Assembly: GCF_964204645.1 (NCBI RefSeq)
Contig: NC_134036.1
Location: forward strand, 8,484,030 to 8,548,029
Reading direction: 5' to 3'
Source: Tubulanus polymorphus
Taxonomy: Eukaryota > Animalia > Nemertea
Length of the DNA stretch: 64,000 bases
Shown: piece by piece, positions 1-13,608 of the stretch
How the letters are laid out: every line of letters starts with the position of its first letter
Numbering within the stretch: position 1 is the first letter of the stretch
The notes under the pieces: model-generated
Told to the model about the DNA's origin: nothing
What the model saw: the letters and a program-made list of their open reading frames with translations, nothing else
Database searches by the model: none
Translations under genes and position numbers: made by a program

Positions 1-258
1 AATCAAGATTTAACGATATTTGAAAGTATTATATTTTTGGGAAAATGACTGTTAATTAATAGGGAAGTTATTTGTATAGAATAAGAACAAGAAATTCAGA
101 ATAAAGCTAAACAATAATAATAGGGGAAAAAACGAACGCTCGCAACGTAAGCCGTTTTCATAGAAAAATGTATTCGTGAAAATTGTCGTGCAATATAGTT
201 TTAGGTCAGAAGCTCCTTCGTTGATGGTGATTTCAGGAGATTTTGACCCAAAACTGGT

Positions 259-616
259 GGAGACCCCGTCCTCCCAAGTTATTCGAACATGATGGCATCG
301 CTACACTCAGCCACGATATGAGCCTCTGCCACAATAGACCGGGTGCGCAGGTACATGCGCAGCTTTGTCGAACGAAAACTTGCTGCACCAATCAGATTGC
401 TCGTTGTATAATCGCTGTGGTAAATTTCACGGAAGGAATATGTATACAAGGGAAAACTCTGGCTAAAAATAAAACGGGATATCTGATTGGCTTATTATGA
501 CATCATCTAAGCTGCGCGTGTAGCTGCGCACTCGGTCTAGTATGGCAGGGCTACGTACCGTGGCAATCTCGATACCATCGGGTTCGAATCCCTGCCGGGG
601 GAGGATGGGAGACCCC
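259..616. mobile_element. Palindromic MITE-like element with roughly 100-bp imperfect arms containing a tRNA B-box-like motif
   Basis: Left arm ...tgccacaatagaccgggtgcgcaggtacatgcgcagctt is the imperfect reverse complement of aagctgcgcgtgtagctgcgcactcggtctagtatggca. gggttcgaatccc lies at ~581-593. A related copy is at ~5450-5700. Confidence 0.7.
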
Positions 617-2818
617 GAGCACGAGCGTAAGTTTCGAATATTCTTAATAGATAATGCATTTCGAAACTATGAAGTATAATCTGCGTAACAAAACAATACT
701 AAGTGAGACAAAGGTGATTAAGGTAAAATTTTGACGGAGAAGTACGCCCCCGATCGTCAGTGGTAAACTCCTTATCTTAGTGGTAAACTCCTTAACCTAG
801 AACCGTTCAAGCTGCCCAATCAGCGGCCCGTATTTGATGGTACGGCGGTACACACAGCTGACCTAGTTTTTTGTGCACAAGGCTATTATTAGTTAATTAT
901 CTGAAACGTTTGTTAAATGTATTAAACAAAAAAGTCATATCAATTCTTGCTTAATGTAATTGTTGTCGTTGAATTAACAACCTGTCTTATTAAGTATTTT
1001 ACTTCAATTGGGCTTAATTGACTTCAATTCACTAATCGATAAAATCGATAACGGTATCGATTTAACTGGGTGGTATAACGTTTGATTTTAATCGTGATCC
1101 ATTATTCACAAAGAAATTGAACACTGGACAAATATGAATACCAATCTGATATGTTAAACGAAGAATGACCACACTCAAACGTGGAGAAAAGATGACACGA
1201 TAAATTAACCAACGATGACGATCTCTGAGTCGAGGTAGAACGTTGCGTCATTTTATTTTTTAAATGAATCAATTCTGTGTTTTTCACAACTTTTGATATC
1301 TTTATATTGTGGGGTTGTTGCGACGCATCCAATTAACCACTTGAGAACCATAAACAACAAAGCCGGTCATTGATTTATTACGCAGTTTTATTGAATCTCG
1401 TTATATTCCGACATTTGACGACTGAGTGACGAATGTAGATTTGAAATTCGAGATTGTTTCTCAACAATCTGACCGTGGTTCAGATTCACAATCGGATATT
1501 TTCCAAAACCACCACAATTTTATCCGATTATAAACCCTTATCAGGGACGATTATGAACAAGTTCCGATTTTACAATTGCGGTTGCAACACTCCACACTAT
1601 AGCCGCAAATATTGCCATTTCTTGTGCAACCTATATCAAAAAGGCGTGGAATTTGAAAATAGAATTTTACACTTTTAAACGATTTTTTTTTACTAACATT
1701 TAGAAACAAAAACAAAAGCAGAACATCAACGGAAATATAGGACCGATGAAGAACCGAACGATGAGACTGAAAGTAATTCGTGCATACGAGGTCAATAGCG
1801 AACAATTATGATAATTACTTTTTCAGAATAATATGATGATATAGGCCTACTGTCTCGGAACAAAATTCGATTGATTAAAAAAAAACTATAAGTTTACTGC
1901 TAATCGCGACTCCAATTTATGTTTTTCATGATATCCAATGAAATAATGAAAAACATGTCTACGGTGACGGAAGTCTGTACTATATATGCGTACGCGCAGG
2001 CGTTTGGGTATAGAGTTTGGGTTAGGTGAGGCATTAAAGATTAACTTTCGTCACAGGTCTGTGCTATGTGCTTCAGTGAATAAAGCACTGGGATATTGCT
2101 AGACATTGTTGCTTTGGTTTCGAATACCAATATTGCAAGTCAGAATTATACTGTATCACGGACTCCCGTAACCGAGGCCACGGCGAATTTCAATTTCTTT
2201 TCACGAGAAAGCAAATAAAATGAAATAAAATAAAATAAAAGCAAATAAAAGACCAAGAAAAATAATGCGGATGAGATAAGCGAGGTGAATGATTTAGGAA
2301 CAATAATAATAGTTGCGTTTATCGCAGAGATGGGAGTTAGAGTAGCTGGATCAGGTGAGAATGTATTTTTCGTTTTGCGTCCGAGGGAATATTTACTTGT
2401 TGCAAACGAATTGCTTGGAAGTTGTAGATTTTGCCAAATAATGGCGAGTAATGTGGAGTAGACTTGGAAATTCCGTTTTGTGATCCCTGCACAAACGCCC
2501 ATGCGCAAATCCATCCTGTGCTCCGGCTAACTTGATTAATAGAGGAAGCCATTACGTATAAACGGACAATCCGTCGAGCTCCTTCTACGGCTGTTTCGAT
2601 GGAAATATTTTCCTATTCACTTTTGAATGGGCCAGTACCGGCAAACGATCATGCTTGTGTATTTAATGTTACATGGACTTAAGTGATGACGTAAAGATCC
2701 TAAAGTTTCCCGATCTCTAAGTCTCGGTAATCGGTCAACCTGTTGAAAAATTATGGTCCGAATAGAACCGAGAGACTAGGTCGGAGTCTATAGTATTATA
2801 TTCATTACCGTTACTTAC

Positions 2819-2891
2819 CTTCTGCTAATGATGCAGCACTGGCCAAAATCACAACAATAGTAAATACGCGGGTCATTAAATGAATGATCAT
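2819..2891 (-). CDS. First coding exon of gene A (secreted or membrane protein): signal peptide MIIHLMTRVFTIVVILASAASLAE; no further exons identified in the window
   Basis: Exon 2900-2819 is bounded by tttctag| and |gtaagt. ATG at 2891, hydrophobic core followed by ASAASLA, phase-1 intron typical of signal-peptide exons. Confidence 0.7.
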
Positions 2892-3003
2892 TTTCGATGC
2901 CTAGAAATACGATAAACGTATAAGCAATTTTGCATTTCGAGGATCTCAAATTCACATCGTTGAACGGTTTTCAATGTGCCCTCGATGATCAACCTCAAAT
3001 AAC

Positions 3004-3139
3004 CAGGGGCGAGTTGCAAAGTCGCCCAAAAGTGGCCATAAATCTTAAGACAGGTATTAAGTTGTTAGTTTGGCTCTGAAACGAAGTTGGACTTAGACTT
3101 GTCTGGAAGTTTAAGCCATGACTAAGCAACCAGCCCCAG
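3004..3139. mobile_element. Short PIF/Harbinger-like MITE, copy 1
   Basis: gggg...ttgca / agcaaccagcccc termini with CAG flanks and internal cttaagac motifs; similar to 23101-23244. Confidence 0.6.
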
Positions 3140-5449
3140 GTCTAAAGTAATACGTGAGTTATAGATTAGTTTCATTTCAATTAGATAAAATTCCCATTTT
3201 AGTCTTAGGATTCGGTTGAGTGGAATAGGTTACTTAGCACAGTTAGAGCTTATTTAGCACAGTTAGGCCATATAAGTTAGAAATTTTGAATTAAACGACA
3301 CGCGACGAAGCCAAAATTCATATTTTCATCTGGAAGTAATTACAATATATTACTAAACTAGACGGTATGATCACTGACACATCATTTAAGATTAAATGTC
3401 ACGTTAAATTCAAATGAAGTGACGTTTTAGCCAGGAACTAAATGGCATAATATGCATATGAAGGTGCCGGGCCCGCAGAACCATCAAATCTAACATTTAA
3501 AAAATTCACCGACTACCACAACAAAGACATTCCTCGTGTATGTACCATTTCCAGAGTCCAGTTCCACAGTTCCGAGTTTAGACTTAACTCCGGGTCAACT
3601 TACTTTAATTCAGAGTTAACTCCAACTCAAAAGTGTGGAACTAATGCACAATTCACGTGGAAATTAAATGGAATATATCCCAGCAGAATTGAATCCACTA
3701 CAAGGACTACACATTTCTAGCCCCCCTGATCCTCATTTTTTTAATCTTAACCCAGACACTATCTTCAGATTAGCGATAACAAATCATGATTTCTACTTAA
3801 GTTTAAACGAGTGTTTGCGGGCATTTCATTAATAACATTTGTAGAAACTAATGAATCATTTAATATACACGTTACTCGTTTATATATTTATTTCATGCTA
3901 GACTGCGTGTTGTTCATCGTTAGATCTTGTAATTTATTTTGCCGAAACTTACTTTATCTGTGCGACGTCTACCACGCTGCTGCTCTAAACGTAATGGTAT
4001 AATGTGATATAGAAGCGCAGAGAGTCAAGACGCAGTTTACGATATTTGCCTTTCCATTCGTGATAATATTGATTTTTCACTAGAAATGTCAGTAATTCGA
4101 ACCTTATCTGCAACAGGTGTTCAATCATGTGCTCTTCGTTGAAATTTCTACACGTGTCATGGGTGCTATTGCCACTGACAGCTTCAATATTGAATGATTT
4201 ACTGTAATGAGTGTTAAAGATGATAATGTCCAGAGGAATTGATTGGCGTGTAATATGCTCCTTTAAATCTTAGAGTATTCATGGAAATCATACGATTTGG
4301 ATAATTCTGTCATGAAATCTCGTTTTTTTTCAATCAAGCTTTGCTTTTTAATCCTACACGAGAAGTAAATTTGATATCGATGTCGACTATTGATATCGAG
4401 ATGCTGGTCTACGATAAGAAGCTATGCATGCCGATTTATACTTTTGAATGTAAAATTATTTTGTATCGAGATCTATTTATGCTAAATGAATGTCACCTAC
4501 GAAATATTTACATGAGAAAAATAATTCCACAATATGAAATACATTTTCGGATATTCGGCTTTCGGGAATTACGTTGCTGCTAAGATGACTACATGATATA
4601 ATATTCTTTTCAAAATGTTTATTGGGTTGGAGAAATGACCCGAGTGAAAAAACATGTCCTACCACTGGGGTACCGGCACAAACCAGGTGGCGCACCAATA
4701 CACTCAGATGCACTCAAACTGGATTTCTAGGTTCCCAAATGGAAATTTTGTAAAATAAGCCCTCCAATAGATTTAAGATCGTTGTTCAAAATAAATGTAC
4801 GGTATATAGCTTTATAAAAAATTGATTTACTAATGAGAAAACTTGACTCGAATTCAATTAGAATGTAGAAGAAATTCGACGAACCGAGTAACCACTAGCG
4901 AACCTGGCGGATCCTCGCCTGCCATACGTGGAATCCTCGATTGTCACGATAGCGGTGCCGGTACCCCATTTATGAGCTTTATTCCAAAACTGTTTTCTTT
5001 GTAATCGAGGGTTTTTATACCAGTTGAAATTGACAGTCACCTGTCTAAGGAACGTGGGTCGTGAACAACATGGACAGGGGTCGTCCGAGTTTGAACCCAG
5101 GAAATCGTGAGGCTGATTCTAACAATCGGAATAGGGGACAAACAGTCGTACTTCAAATTCGAAGCCAGTATTACTGTCAGTAATTTCCAGTGATCTCGGT
5201 GCTAAATATATTACAAACTAGAGTTACAATATATTACAAACTACGACCAAAGCACGGAATGGTAATTCCCAGCGATCCTCGTTCAGAGATATTTCTCGCC
5301 GTCCATAGGAATTGCCAGAACACAGCACGTTGTGGACCCTTGGGAAAAGTCGCGGACTATTCCTGACCAGCACAAAAAAAAAATTCAACCATGAAAACTT
5401 GAACCACAACTGAAAGACTGACTAATTGGATTCAAACCTTTAAATACCT

Positions 5450-5700
5450 TTTTCCCCTTGTCGGGGATTAGAACCTGATGGCATCACTACACCCAGCAGC
5501 GGCACGAAATCCTTCCGCACCTGTTCGCGCACGTTCATGCGCAGCTTTGCCGCGCGAAAATTGCGGCATTATCGTTCAACAATCGGCCAGCCAGTTTTCA
5601 CGGAAAATTATCAATGAAAATAACCCGCCTAAAAAAAAGAACCGAATATCTGATTGGCAAACGATGACATCATCTAAGCTACGCATAACAAGAATCGACA
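5450..5700. mobile_element. Degenerate second copy of the 259-616 element
   Basis: Shares tgatggcatc.ctacac.cagc, catgcgcagcttt and atatctgattggc...atgacatcatctaagct with 290-515. Confidence 0.6.
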
Positions 5701-8622
5701 CAGGCCTAAATAAATCCCTACAGGTGGTGAAATGAAAACAAAATTTCTTGAGATTGCGGGGGTTATTTTGCATTTGAAAAACAAAGATTTAACAAGAAAA
5801 TCCCACCACCTATCAGTGTTTTGGGATTTTAACGACTGTAAGACAACTTTTCTGCTTGCCATTCACTTTGAGCAGCCACCTTCGACTAGTTCGCCATCTA
5901 GCGGACAATAAGGTAAGAAGCAGTCACGCCTGAGATGACACGGCCCATACCTTAAGGTTTACATCGCCACGCCCCACAAGACATTGCCGGTTGATTGGTT
6001 TTAATTCATTGTGCATTTTGCATTATGAACTTAAAAAACACATAAGGGAAATCATTAGAAGACAGTTCATTCATTGGTTTTTCAAGTCTACATATTACTG
6101 TTTGATATATATTGATACGTATATCAGACAAAGTCAGTATTGTGGATGACATTATGGACGCAGGACGGATTGATGTCACATGATAACCATTCACTTCATA
6201 GACTTGAATATTTCACGCGATATCCATGGAAAAAATATATTCCCTTTGAGAGATCGACTTTTGATATATGAATAATTCAAATGAGATAAAAAGAGATTTT
6301 TGCTAATTCAATAGGGTATTATTACTTAATCAAATATCTGAAACAAGGAAGTATGAACATATATTTTGGTAATAAATTCCCCCTATTCAATTCATCTTTT
6401 CAAAACGACCAAAAAACAGGTTATATATTGTGCATGGTCGCGAAAATGACAGCAAATACACATGATACAAAAACATAATTTTGCTTGACGTGAAATTGCC
6501 TTGAAACTAGCTTTATAATCAGAATGTTTAAAGCTGATGGAAAATATATGCTTTCTGAAATATATATAGCTGTAAGACATACGGTTATCAGGTGTCGTGG
6601 GATTTATTTGTCATCATAACTTCAAGATTTCCCGAGCGATTTCAATGAATGAGAGATATAGCGTGTAGATACAGATATAGACTCCGCTATTTCATAATAT
6701 GAACATTGGTTTCATAATTGGTTTCCCACAACGTATTTTCATTTTCGAAAAGTAACTTTGGTTTGCAATGTGTATGAAGAAACTTCGTCCTCGCGCTTGT
6801 GGCCACGGAAGGAGTAGAGTGGTCTTTTGACAAGATGCAAGGTGAGTCGAAATATCTTTCCGGGTACATGCATAGAATAGAAATATAGTTAATTAAGTGG
6901 GAACGCCCACTCGTAGATTCACTTGTAGTTTATTTTGTTGTTATTTGGTACCAGTGGCAATATGTTATTTGAAAGAATTAATATGCAGGCGTGCAGTAGG
7001 TCTCGGGTCTCCCCTTGCCCCTAAAAATCCATATTTGGAAATTTCATTCTTCTATAATTAAAAAAGTACATAAATTTGTTTTTTAATTATAAAACTTAAT
7101 CCTGCCTGCTTGGTGCGGAGTTTCCACAAATCTGTGTTTTTGTTTAACAAATGAAAAAAAAACACCTGCCTGGTCACTTTGTTGTTTAGAGAAGGTTGAG
7201 AAACAAGGTATCATTTTTGTAGCCTAATACATTGTGGTTTCCCATGCATTTACTTCATTCAGATAAATGCTTATCATAAAAATTGTGTTTCCAAAAGAAA
7301 ATATATATGTCGATAAATGGAAATCGAATGATGGAATTAAGAATTGTTTGAATGCTCATATGTATAGACAAAAACGTTAATGAAATTCCTATTCGATTCG
7401 TTGGCGGTGAACCACGATCAATGAGTTTGCCCGCGTATATCGGCGATTTGTTCGATGAGACGAAGTCAAAACATCGGCTACTTTCCATGTATTAAAAACA
7501 GAGACTTCTCACATCCGATTAATTACCAGTTCATCAGCTGCATTAATATCAATATCAACGATAACTTTATTTTCCCTCGAATTACAACACGATTATACAT
7601 ACAAAATCATATAAAAGAATACAAGGGTAGTGTTATAGATAAGTGTCATCGTGGACTAGGGTTACGTTCCAGTCCATACGTCCATGGTGATATTCACGTT
7701 GTAATAAACGTCATGTTGCATGCAAATGTCGTATGAAAATCTAATAACTTTAAAGCTGTTTTGTTTTTCTGTTTCTGTACTTTACTGCTGTAATTGTAAA
7801 AATTATTATCAGTGTTTATTGTATATGTATACGTGGAGCAATAGATATTTCAAACAAAATAAAATAAAAGGGCAGTGTCTTGCAGCCTTCTTTTTCCTAT
7901 AATTTCCTCCCTTGAACTACGGATATATCCATTGAACATCGCGATGAGAAACAAATAGTTCCTACAAAATAGAAATTGTCTGCACCTTATAAGCTAAATT
8001 GTCGATTACATGTATGCGAAAAACTGGAAATTGTCGTAACATTCTTTACAGTGAAAAGGATTCAAGATCGATCCGCAAGTATTGAACTGTTATATGCCGT
8101 CAGCCAATCTAATTTATCACCATCGATATAACTGCTTCTGCGCCATCCCGATGTATGTATTAACTCTATTCGTTGAATCTACCCTACCATCGCGCAAAGA
8201 TCACGAGTCGATCGGGCACGTAGATCACACACTGTTATTACGGCTCTCTGTGAAATATAAACCAACAGTGAACTTGCGATAAAAGATGTAAACTGGGGTT
8301 CAACGGGTGTATTCTGGGGTTCAACGGTCAAACGAAGTAATTGAACTGAAACCGCTCCTGGACCGGTACGCGACTTAGAAAGCGATACATTGGCTTATCA
8401 CGGCATTTCAATAATCCATCCTCGAGCAAACATCGCGCGGGCAACACCTAAAAGTCCGTCCCTTCGGGAGGTGAAACGAAAAATACAATAGGGCTCGTCT
8501 TCATAAGGAGAGCATAATCAAATCGACGCAAAGCAAAAAACAAAACAAAATAAAATATCAAAAATAGATTTTCATAGCTTACGATAGCTAAGGCACATCT
8601 AGCGTATCATATTTATATTTAC

Positions 8623-8743
8623 CTTTGCGACTTTGGCGTCGTTCCGGCCCAGTCCGATTAATGAAATCTTTCAAGTTATCCCCGGAAAGTTTATCCTTGT
8701 CGACTAGTTTACGTAATTCGCCGTACGGGTCGGATCGAGTCGC
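8623..8743 (-). other. Probable 121-nt 5'-UTR exon of gene A
   Basis: tttctgatgcag| acceptor and AAG|gtaaat donor on the minus strand; CpG-rich exon-like composition; no in-frame ATG. Confidence 0.5.
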
Positions 8744-9200
8744 CTGCATCAGAAAGTTAAATTCGACTTAGATCTCGATATAGGAATATCATTGAAATAA
8801 AACTGTATCAGAAAATCAGCATTTCAAAATTCGAATACGATTCATGTAATCGCGTGATGGAGATGACGATGCTTATAGCTTTACCAAACATAGATTACTC
8901 TTTTAAAATCGAAACATAAAGTTAATCGGTAAGCCCTACATAAGCAAGTCAAAAGCCGTTATGATAAGTGCCTTTTTCTTATAACGTTAAAACGTAATAC
9001 TGAATCTATTTAAACGTCTATATTCGAAATAATACCAGTTAGTAACGACCCTCCCGTCTACAGCATAATGACGTATTTCATGCAGTCGTCTAAGACCTGG
9101 ACCGGTGAAAAAAAAGAACTTGCGTTCAAGTGCACACTAGCAAATTCATTTTGAAAACTGTAAATTATCATCACAACATTACTCGATTAACCTGATCCTT

Positions 9201-9770
9201 TAAGGTGGGCGTAGGTCGGCCTCGCGACTCTTTCAAATTCACTGCAATTCACTGCAACCGCCAGCATCGATCGCGTCGTATCGACCCACCGACCGACGCT
9301 ACCTTGCGACGGGTTGTGACTGCCAGTGACGCGACCTTTTGCCTGTAATACGGGAATCGAACCTAATATGGTAATGAGACGCGTTTTGAAATTATTATTT
9401 TGAGGGCTTCGTGAAATAAGGAATCGAGTGTTTATTCTCCACCATTTATAATCATGTTGCTTCGACCATAAAGACCAGTATATCAGCTTTTAAGTCAAGA
9501 CTATTAAAAATAGCTATCAATTATGAAACGGAATCGGCCGCGGGGGTAGAAATTGCATAAGAAAGCAAGAAGCGAGTTGTTTAGTTCGTTCCAAGTGTTA
9601 GAGACCAACATTTCCCTTGTAATAGCCGGGGATTCGAAACGTCCTATCATCGCGTGGTTTTGTGCAATTTTTAGATACGGCGTCGCAACGATCTTCGCGC
9701 TCTTGTGACTGGCAGTTACTAGTCGCACATAGCCGCTGATAATCGCGTCGCAACCGACTTACGACCGGCG
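9201..9770. mobile_element. Degenerate TIR element (Harbinger-like); related terminus at ~12741-12840
   Basis: gcgtaggtcg...gcgacgggttgtgactgccag at ~9210-9330 recurs in direct orientation at 12750-12840 and inverted at ~9705-9770. Confidence 0.4.
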
Positions 9771-9846
9771 GTTCAACTCCAGAATAGGTCAATAAAGTTC
9801 CCTCCTGGGTAGTTTTCTTTAATGAAGTGAGTGGTTCGGTTCCTCA

Positions 9847-10143
9847 TTGTCGACCGATTCTACTCATCGACAATGTCTACAATCTGATTGTCGGCCGATT
9901 GTACTCGTCGACAATGTCTACAATCCTGATTTTCGACCGATTTTACTCGTCGACAATGTCTACAACCCTGATTGTCGACCGATTGTACTCGTCGACAATG
10001 TCTACAATCCTGATTTTCGACCGATTTTACTCGTCGACAATGTCTACAACCCTGGTTGTCGACCGATTGTACTCGTCGACAATGTCTACAACGCTGATTG
10101 TTGACCGATTGTACTCGTCGACAATGTCTACAATCCTGATTGT
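9847..10143. repeat. 42-bp minisatellite, about 7 copies
   Basis: Unit ctgattgtcgaccgattgtactcgtcgacaatgtctacaa(t/c)c, repeated in tandem. Confidence 0.95.
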
Positions 10144-10661
10144 GAAAAGCAACTGATGGAAGTATTTAGCAACAGTAATTTTCCTATAAGTATTACTGTT
10201 ACTGTATATCTCCATACGACGTAGATGATCAGCACTTCAAGATCTGTCAGCAAAACACAAACTCTTCTTCCGTTACGAATATAGCTTTATTTCGTTAAGC
10301 AAACAAATGTTTTTTTTTCGGCTAGCTGGTTTATCCCTGTCACGCAGGTTCCAAGGCTAGATCTCAAATCAATCCGTCTTTATCAAAGATTCCAATATAT
10401 TTATACACAATGTTATAGTCACTGTAATTACAATTGGTAACAAAGCAAAACAAAGCAAAAAAGATAACAAAGCAAAACACGGATTGTTATATAGTGCCAG
10501 CTCAGGGAGTTTGTTGCCTGTAAGTCTTATGATTTTGAGACAATGTTTCTGAATAAATAATTAGATCACGATTGGTAGAACACTATATCCGTGTTGACGC
10601 GATGAGGAGAGAATCCCACAATGATAATAAAAAGTCCGAAAATGAAACTTCGAGATTGTAG

Positions 10662-10747
10662 TTTATTTCAACGTTTCGACTATATCCTAATAGTCATCTT
10701 CAGGAATAATGAGTGGCATTCATTATTCCTGAAGATGACTATTAGGA
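10662..10747 (-). ncRNA. Minimal hammerhead-ribozyme motif of Penelope-like type within a perfect 28-bp hairpin
   Basis: Minus strand reads CUGAAGA-U-GACUAU-uaggau-AUAGUC-GAAAC-GUU followed by gaaauaaa. Stem arms 10685-10712 and 10720-10747 are perfect reverse complements. Confidence 0.6.
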
Positions 10748-12842
10748 AACCGAAGACAAAAAAAACTAGATTTAGACAACGAACTGAAAATGATTTTAAA
10801 GGCTCAAATGTTTAAGATAAAGCAAATTTATCATGGCATTTGACAATTTATCCTATTCTTACTAGTCCTACTTGTCCTTTCCTGTAAGCAATTACAGGAG
10901 CACTTCGTTATACCGACCTCGAATATAACTATTCATAGGTTTAATTACGAAACACGAATTTTATCCAAAATAGATTAAGTGAAAGGACGATTTAAATCAT
11001 AGCGGATAACAACAACTTCAAGGGTTGAAACGAATATATCTTTCCTAGTCTCCTGAAGTTCGTAGTAACGAAGTGCGACTGTAGTTTTAGTTCCGAGAAT
11101 CCCATAATGAGCGCGCAACGAACGACTTTCGAGAGCAAAATAATGCAGATAGCTCACCTTGATTTTTCTTGTTGATTCTACTTTACGACGAATATATCCT
11201 TCTTTAGAGAATATCTTACGGCTACTCACACCTCGTAATGCTTGAGAATTCTCCCATAATTCCTGAATCAGGTTTGAACGTTAGTTCTATCTAATCGAAG
11301 CGCATACGCGGCCTTCGATACGTAAGTTATCTGTCTTATTCTGAAAGATAGTTTCATCGAAGGTAACGTTAGTATGCCTCTGCATCGGGCGTCCAGCCTC
11401 ATTACTCGTGATCGCGGTCGTGTATTTGATAGGGCGGCGTACAACAGTTCTTCTATACGGTTCCCACTCGACGTCGAACTCGATTCGATCAAACGCGCAC
11501 AAAAGCTTTCTGGTCACACTGAACTCGCGATATGCTACGCGCCAGTGCAAATCAGCGCAAAGCCGATCAGTCTTGTCGCGTTTCCGCGGAAAATCTACGG
11601 AAATCAACGGATTCCGACGTTCGAATTTGAAATATAACGAGCCGTTGCGAGAATATCACGATTTTTGTGGTTGGTATAATTATTTTAGTAGAAATAGTTT
11701 AAATAATAATCATTCATTTCTTCCATACATTAACGATATTACATACCATATTCAATATTTGTTAGTACGGTATCTCACACGCGTAATGGTCACCGGAAAA
11801 GCCTAGTGGACGAAAGCAGGTGCCAATAAATAAGAAAGAAAACAATTTAACAATAATGATACTAAATACATGCATGGATGAATCATATATGAGGATATAA
11901 TATAATAATAATCGGCTTGTAATTGAACAGGAAAAACTTATGCAATATTTGTTTATGGTAAATAAATCAACAACCATAATAATAGAAAATGACAATGTAT
12001 TACAATAGCGATAACGAATAGTAATGTTAGCGAATGAATGATCAAAGCTGTGAATAACTAGAGGTCCAGTAACATATAGAAACCAGTGACTTTGAAAGTC
12101 ACCACCGTCAATCATAAAGCATGTAATGAGCAAAATATTTATTGCGGTAAGGAAATACGTCTAGCTACCGATATGATATGGAATGGAAGTTATTCTCTTA
12201 ATCAACGCCCAATAGTGACCGTACACGATTAAACCGATGACGTCGAAACTGTAAACAATCATAGAACATGTAATGAGCTATGATTTTGCAAATGATTTTG
12301 CGGTTACAAATTACCTACAGGTAACAACGAATTACCGAACTGAACAGTTCTATATGGTTCATCATTTGACCTCCCTGGTGGCAAAAAAATTGGGTATTGG
12401 CAAGAATTGGGTATTTCCAATTGCAAGCGAGGAAATGTATCCAATGACTAAGATAGCCGACGATTACGTGACAATTGACTGATAAAAACCCGTCTGATAC
12501 GTTAAAGATCCCTTCACAAAGTAGCCCATCATGAATTTCAATGAAAAAAGGACAAACCACCATGAAGCTACAGGTCCTCCGAATTCAGGGTAAAATAAAA
12601 TTGTTGGGCAAGATAAATCACAGGACGACCATGTTGAGTCCGATCGACTCAATTTTTCCAAAACCGACGGGCGATGAGGGATGTAAACATATGCGAAAGA
12701 TCAAGATTAATTTAAAATTTACCTTGAAACACTTGTAAACCTTAAGCCGAGCGTAGGTCGTTGCGACGATCACGTCGGAACGACCAACCGACCAACGCTA
12801 TATTGCGACTGCTAGCGACGGGTTGCGACTGCCAGCGACTCA

Positions 12843-13608
12843 AGGAGAGATGACTGAGGGTACAGTACAATCAGTCTGTAAGGAGAGATGACTGAGGGTA
12901 CAGTACAATCAGTCTGCAAGGGGAGATGACTGAGGGTACAGTACAATCAGTCTGTGAGGGGAGATGACTGAGGGTACAGTACAACCAGTCTGCAAGGGGA
13001 GATGACTGAGGGTACAGCACAATCAGTCTGTGAGGGGAGATGACTGAGGGTACAGTACAACCAGTCTGTAAGGGGAGATGACTGAGGGTACAGCACAATC
13101 AGTGTGTAAGGAGAGATGACTGAGGGTACAGTACAATCAGTCTGTAAAGAGAGATGACTGAGGGTACAGTACAATCAGTCTGCAAGGAGAGATGACTGAG
13201 GGTACAGCACAATCAGTGTGTAAGGAGAGATGACTGAAAGTACAGCACAATCAGTGTGTAAGGAGAGATGACTGAAAGTACAGTACAATCAGTCTGTAAA
13301 GAGAGATGACTGATTGTACAGTACAATCAGTCTGTAAGGGGAGGTGACTGAGGTACAGTACAATCAGTGTGTAAGGAGAGATGACTGAAAGTACAGTACA
13401 ATCAGTCTGTAAAGGGAGATGACTGAGGGTACAGTACAATCAGTATGTAAGGGGAGATGACTGAGAGTACAATACAATCAGTCTGTAAGGGGAGATGACT
13501 GAGGGTACAGTACAATCAGTCTGTAAGGAGAGATGACTGAGGGTACAGTACAGTCAGTCTGTAAGGGGGATGACTGAGGGTACAGTACAATCAGTCTGTA
13601 AGGAGAGA
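12843..13608. repeat. 38-bp minisatellite, about 20 copies
   Basis: Unit aggagagatgactgagggtacagtacaatcagtctgta. It explains the spurious repetitive ORFs at 12871-13439. Confidence 0.97.

Noticed and set aside
5893-5905. Isolated CTCF-like motif cgccatctagcgg (similar at ~38813)
   Set aside because: Single short matches are not enough evidence without chromatin data.
2819-8743. Alternative Cys-rich frame (ATRSDPYGEL...GIENDHSFNDPRIYYCCDFGQCC) across two gene A exons
   Set aside because: Open, but it has no ATG, and the proposed upstream exon has an in-frame TAG just before its donor; the signal-peptide frame is more plausible.
9827-13439. Repetitive ORFs in the 42-bp and 38-bp arrays
   Set aside because: Minisatellite artefacts.
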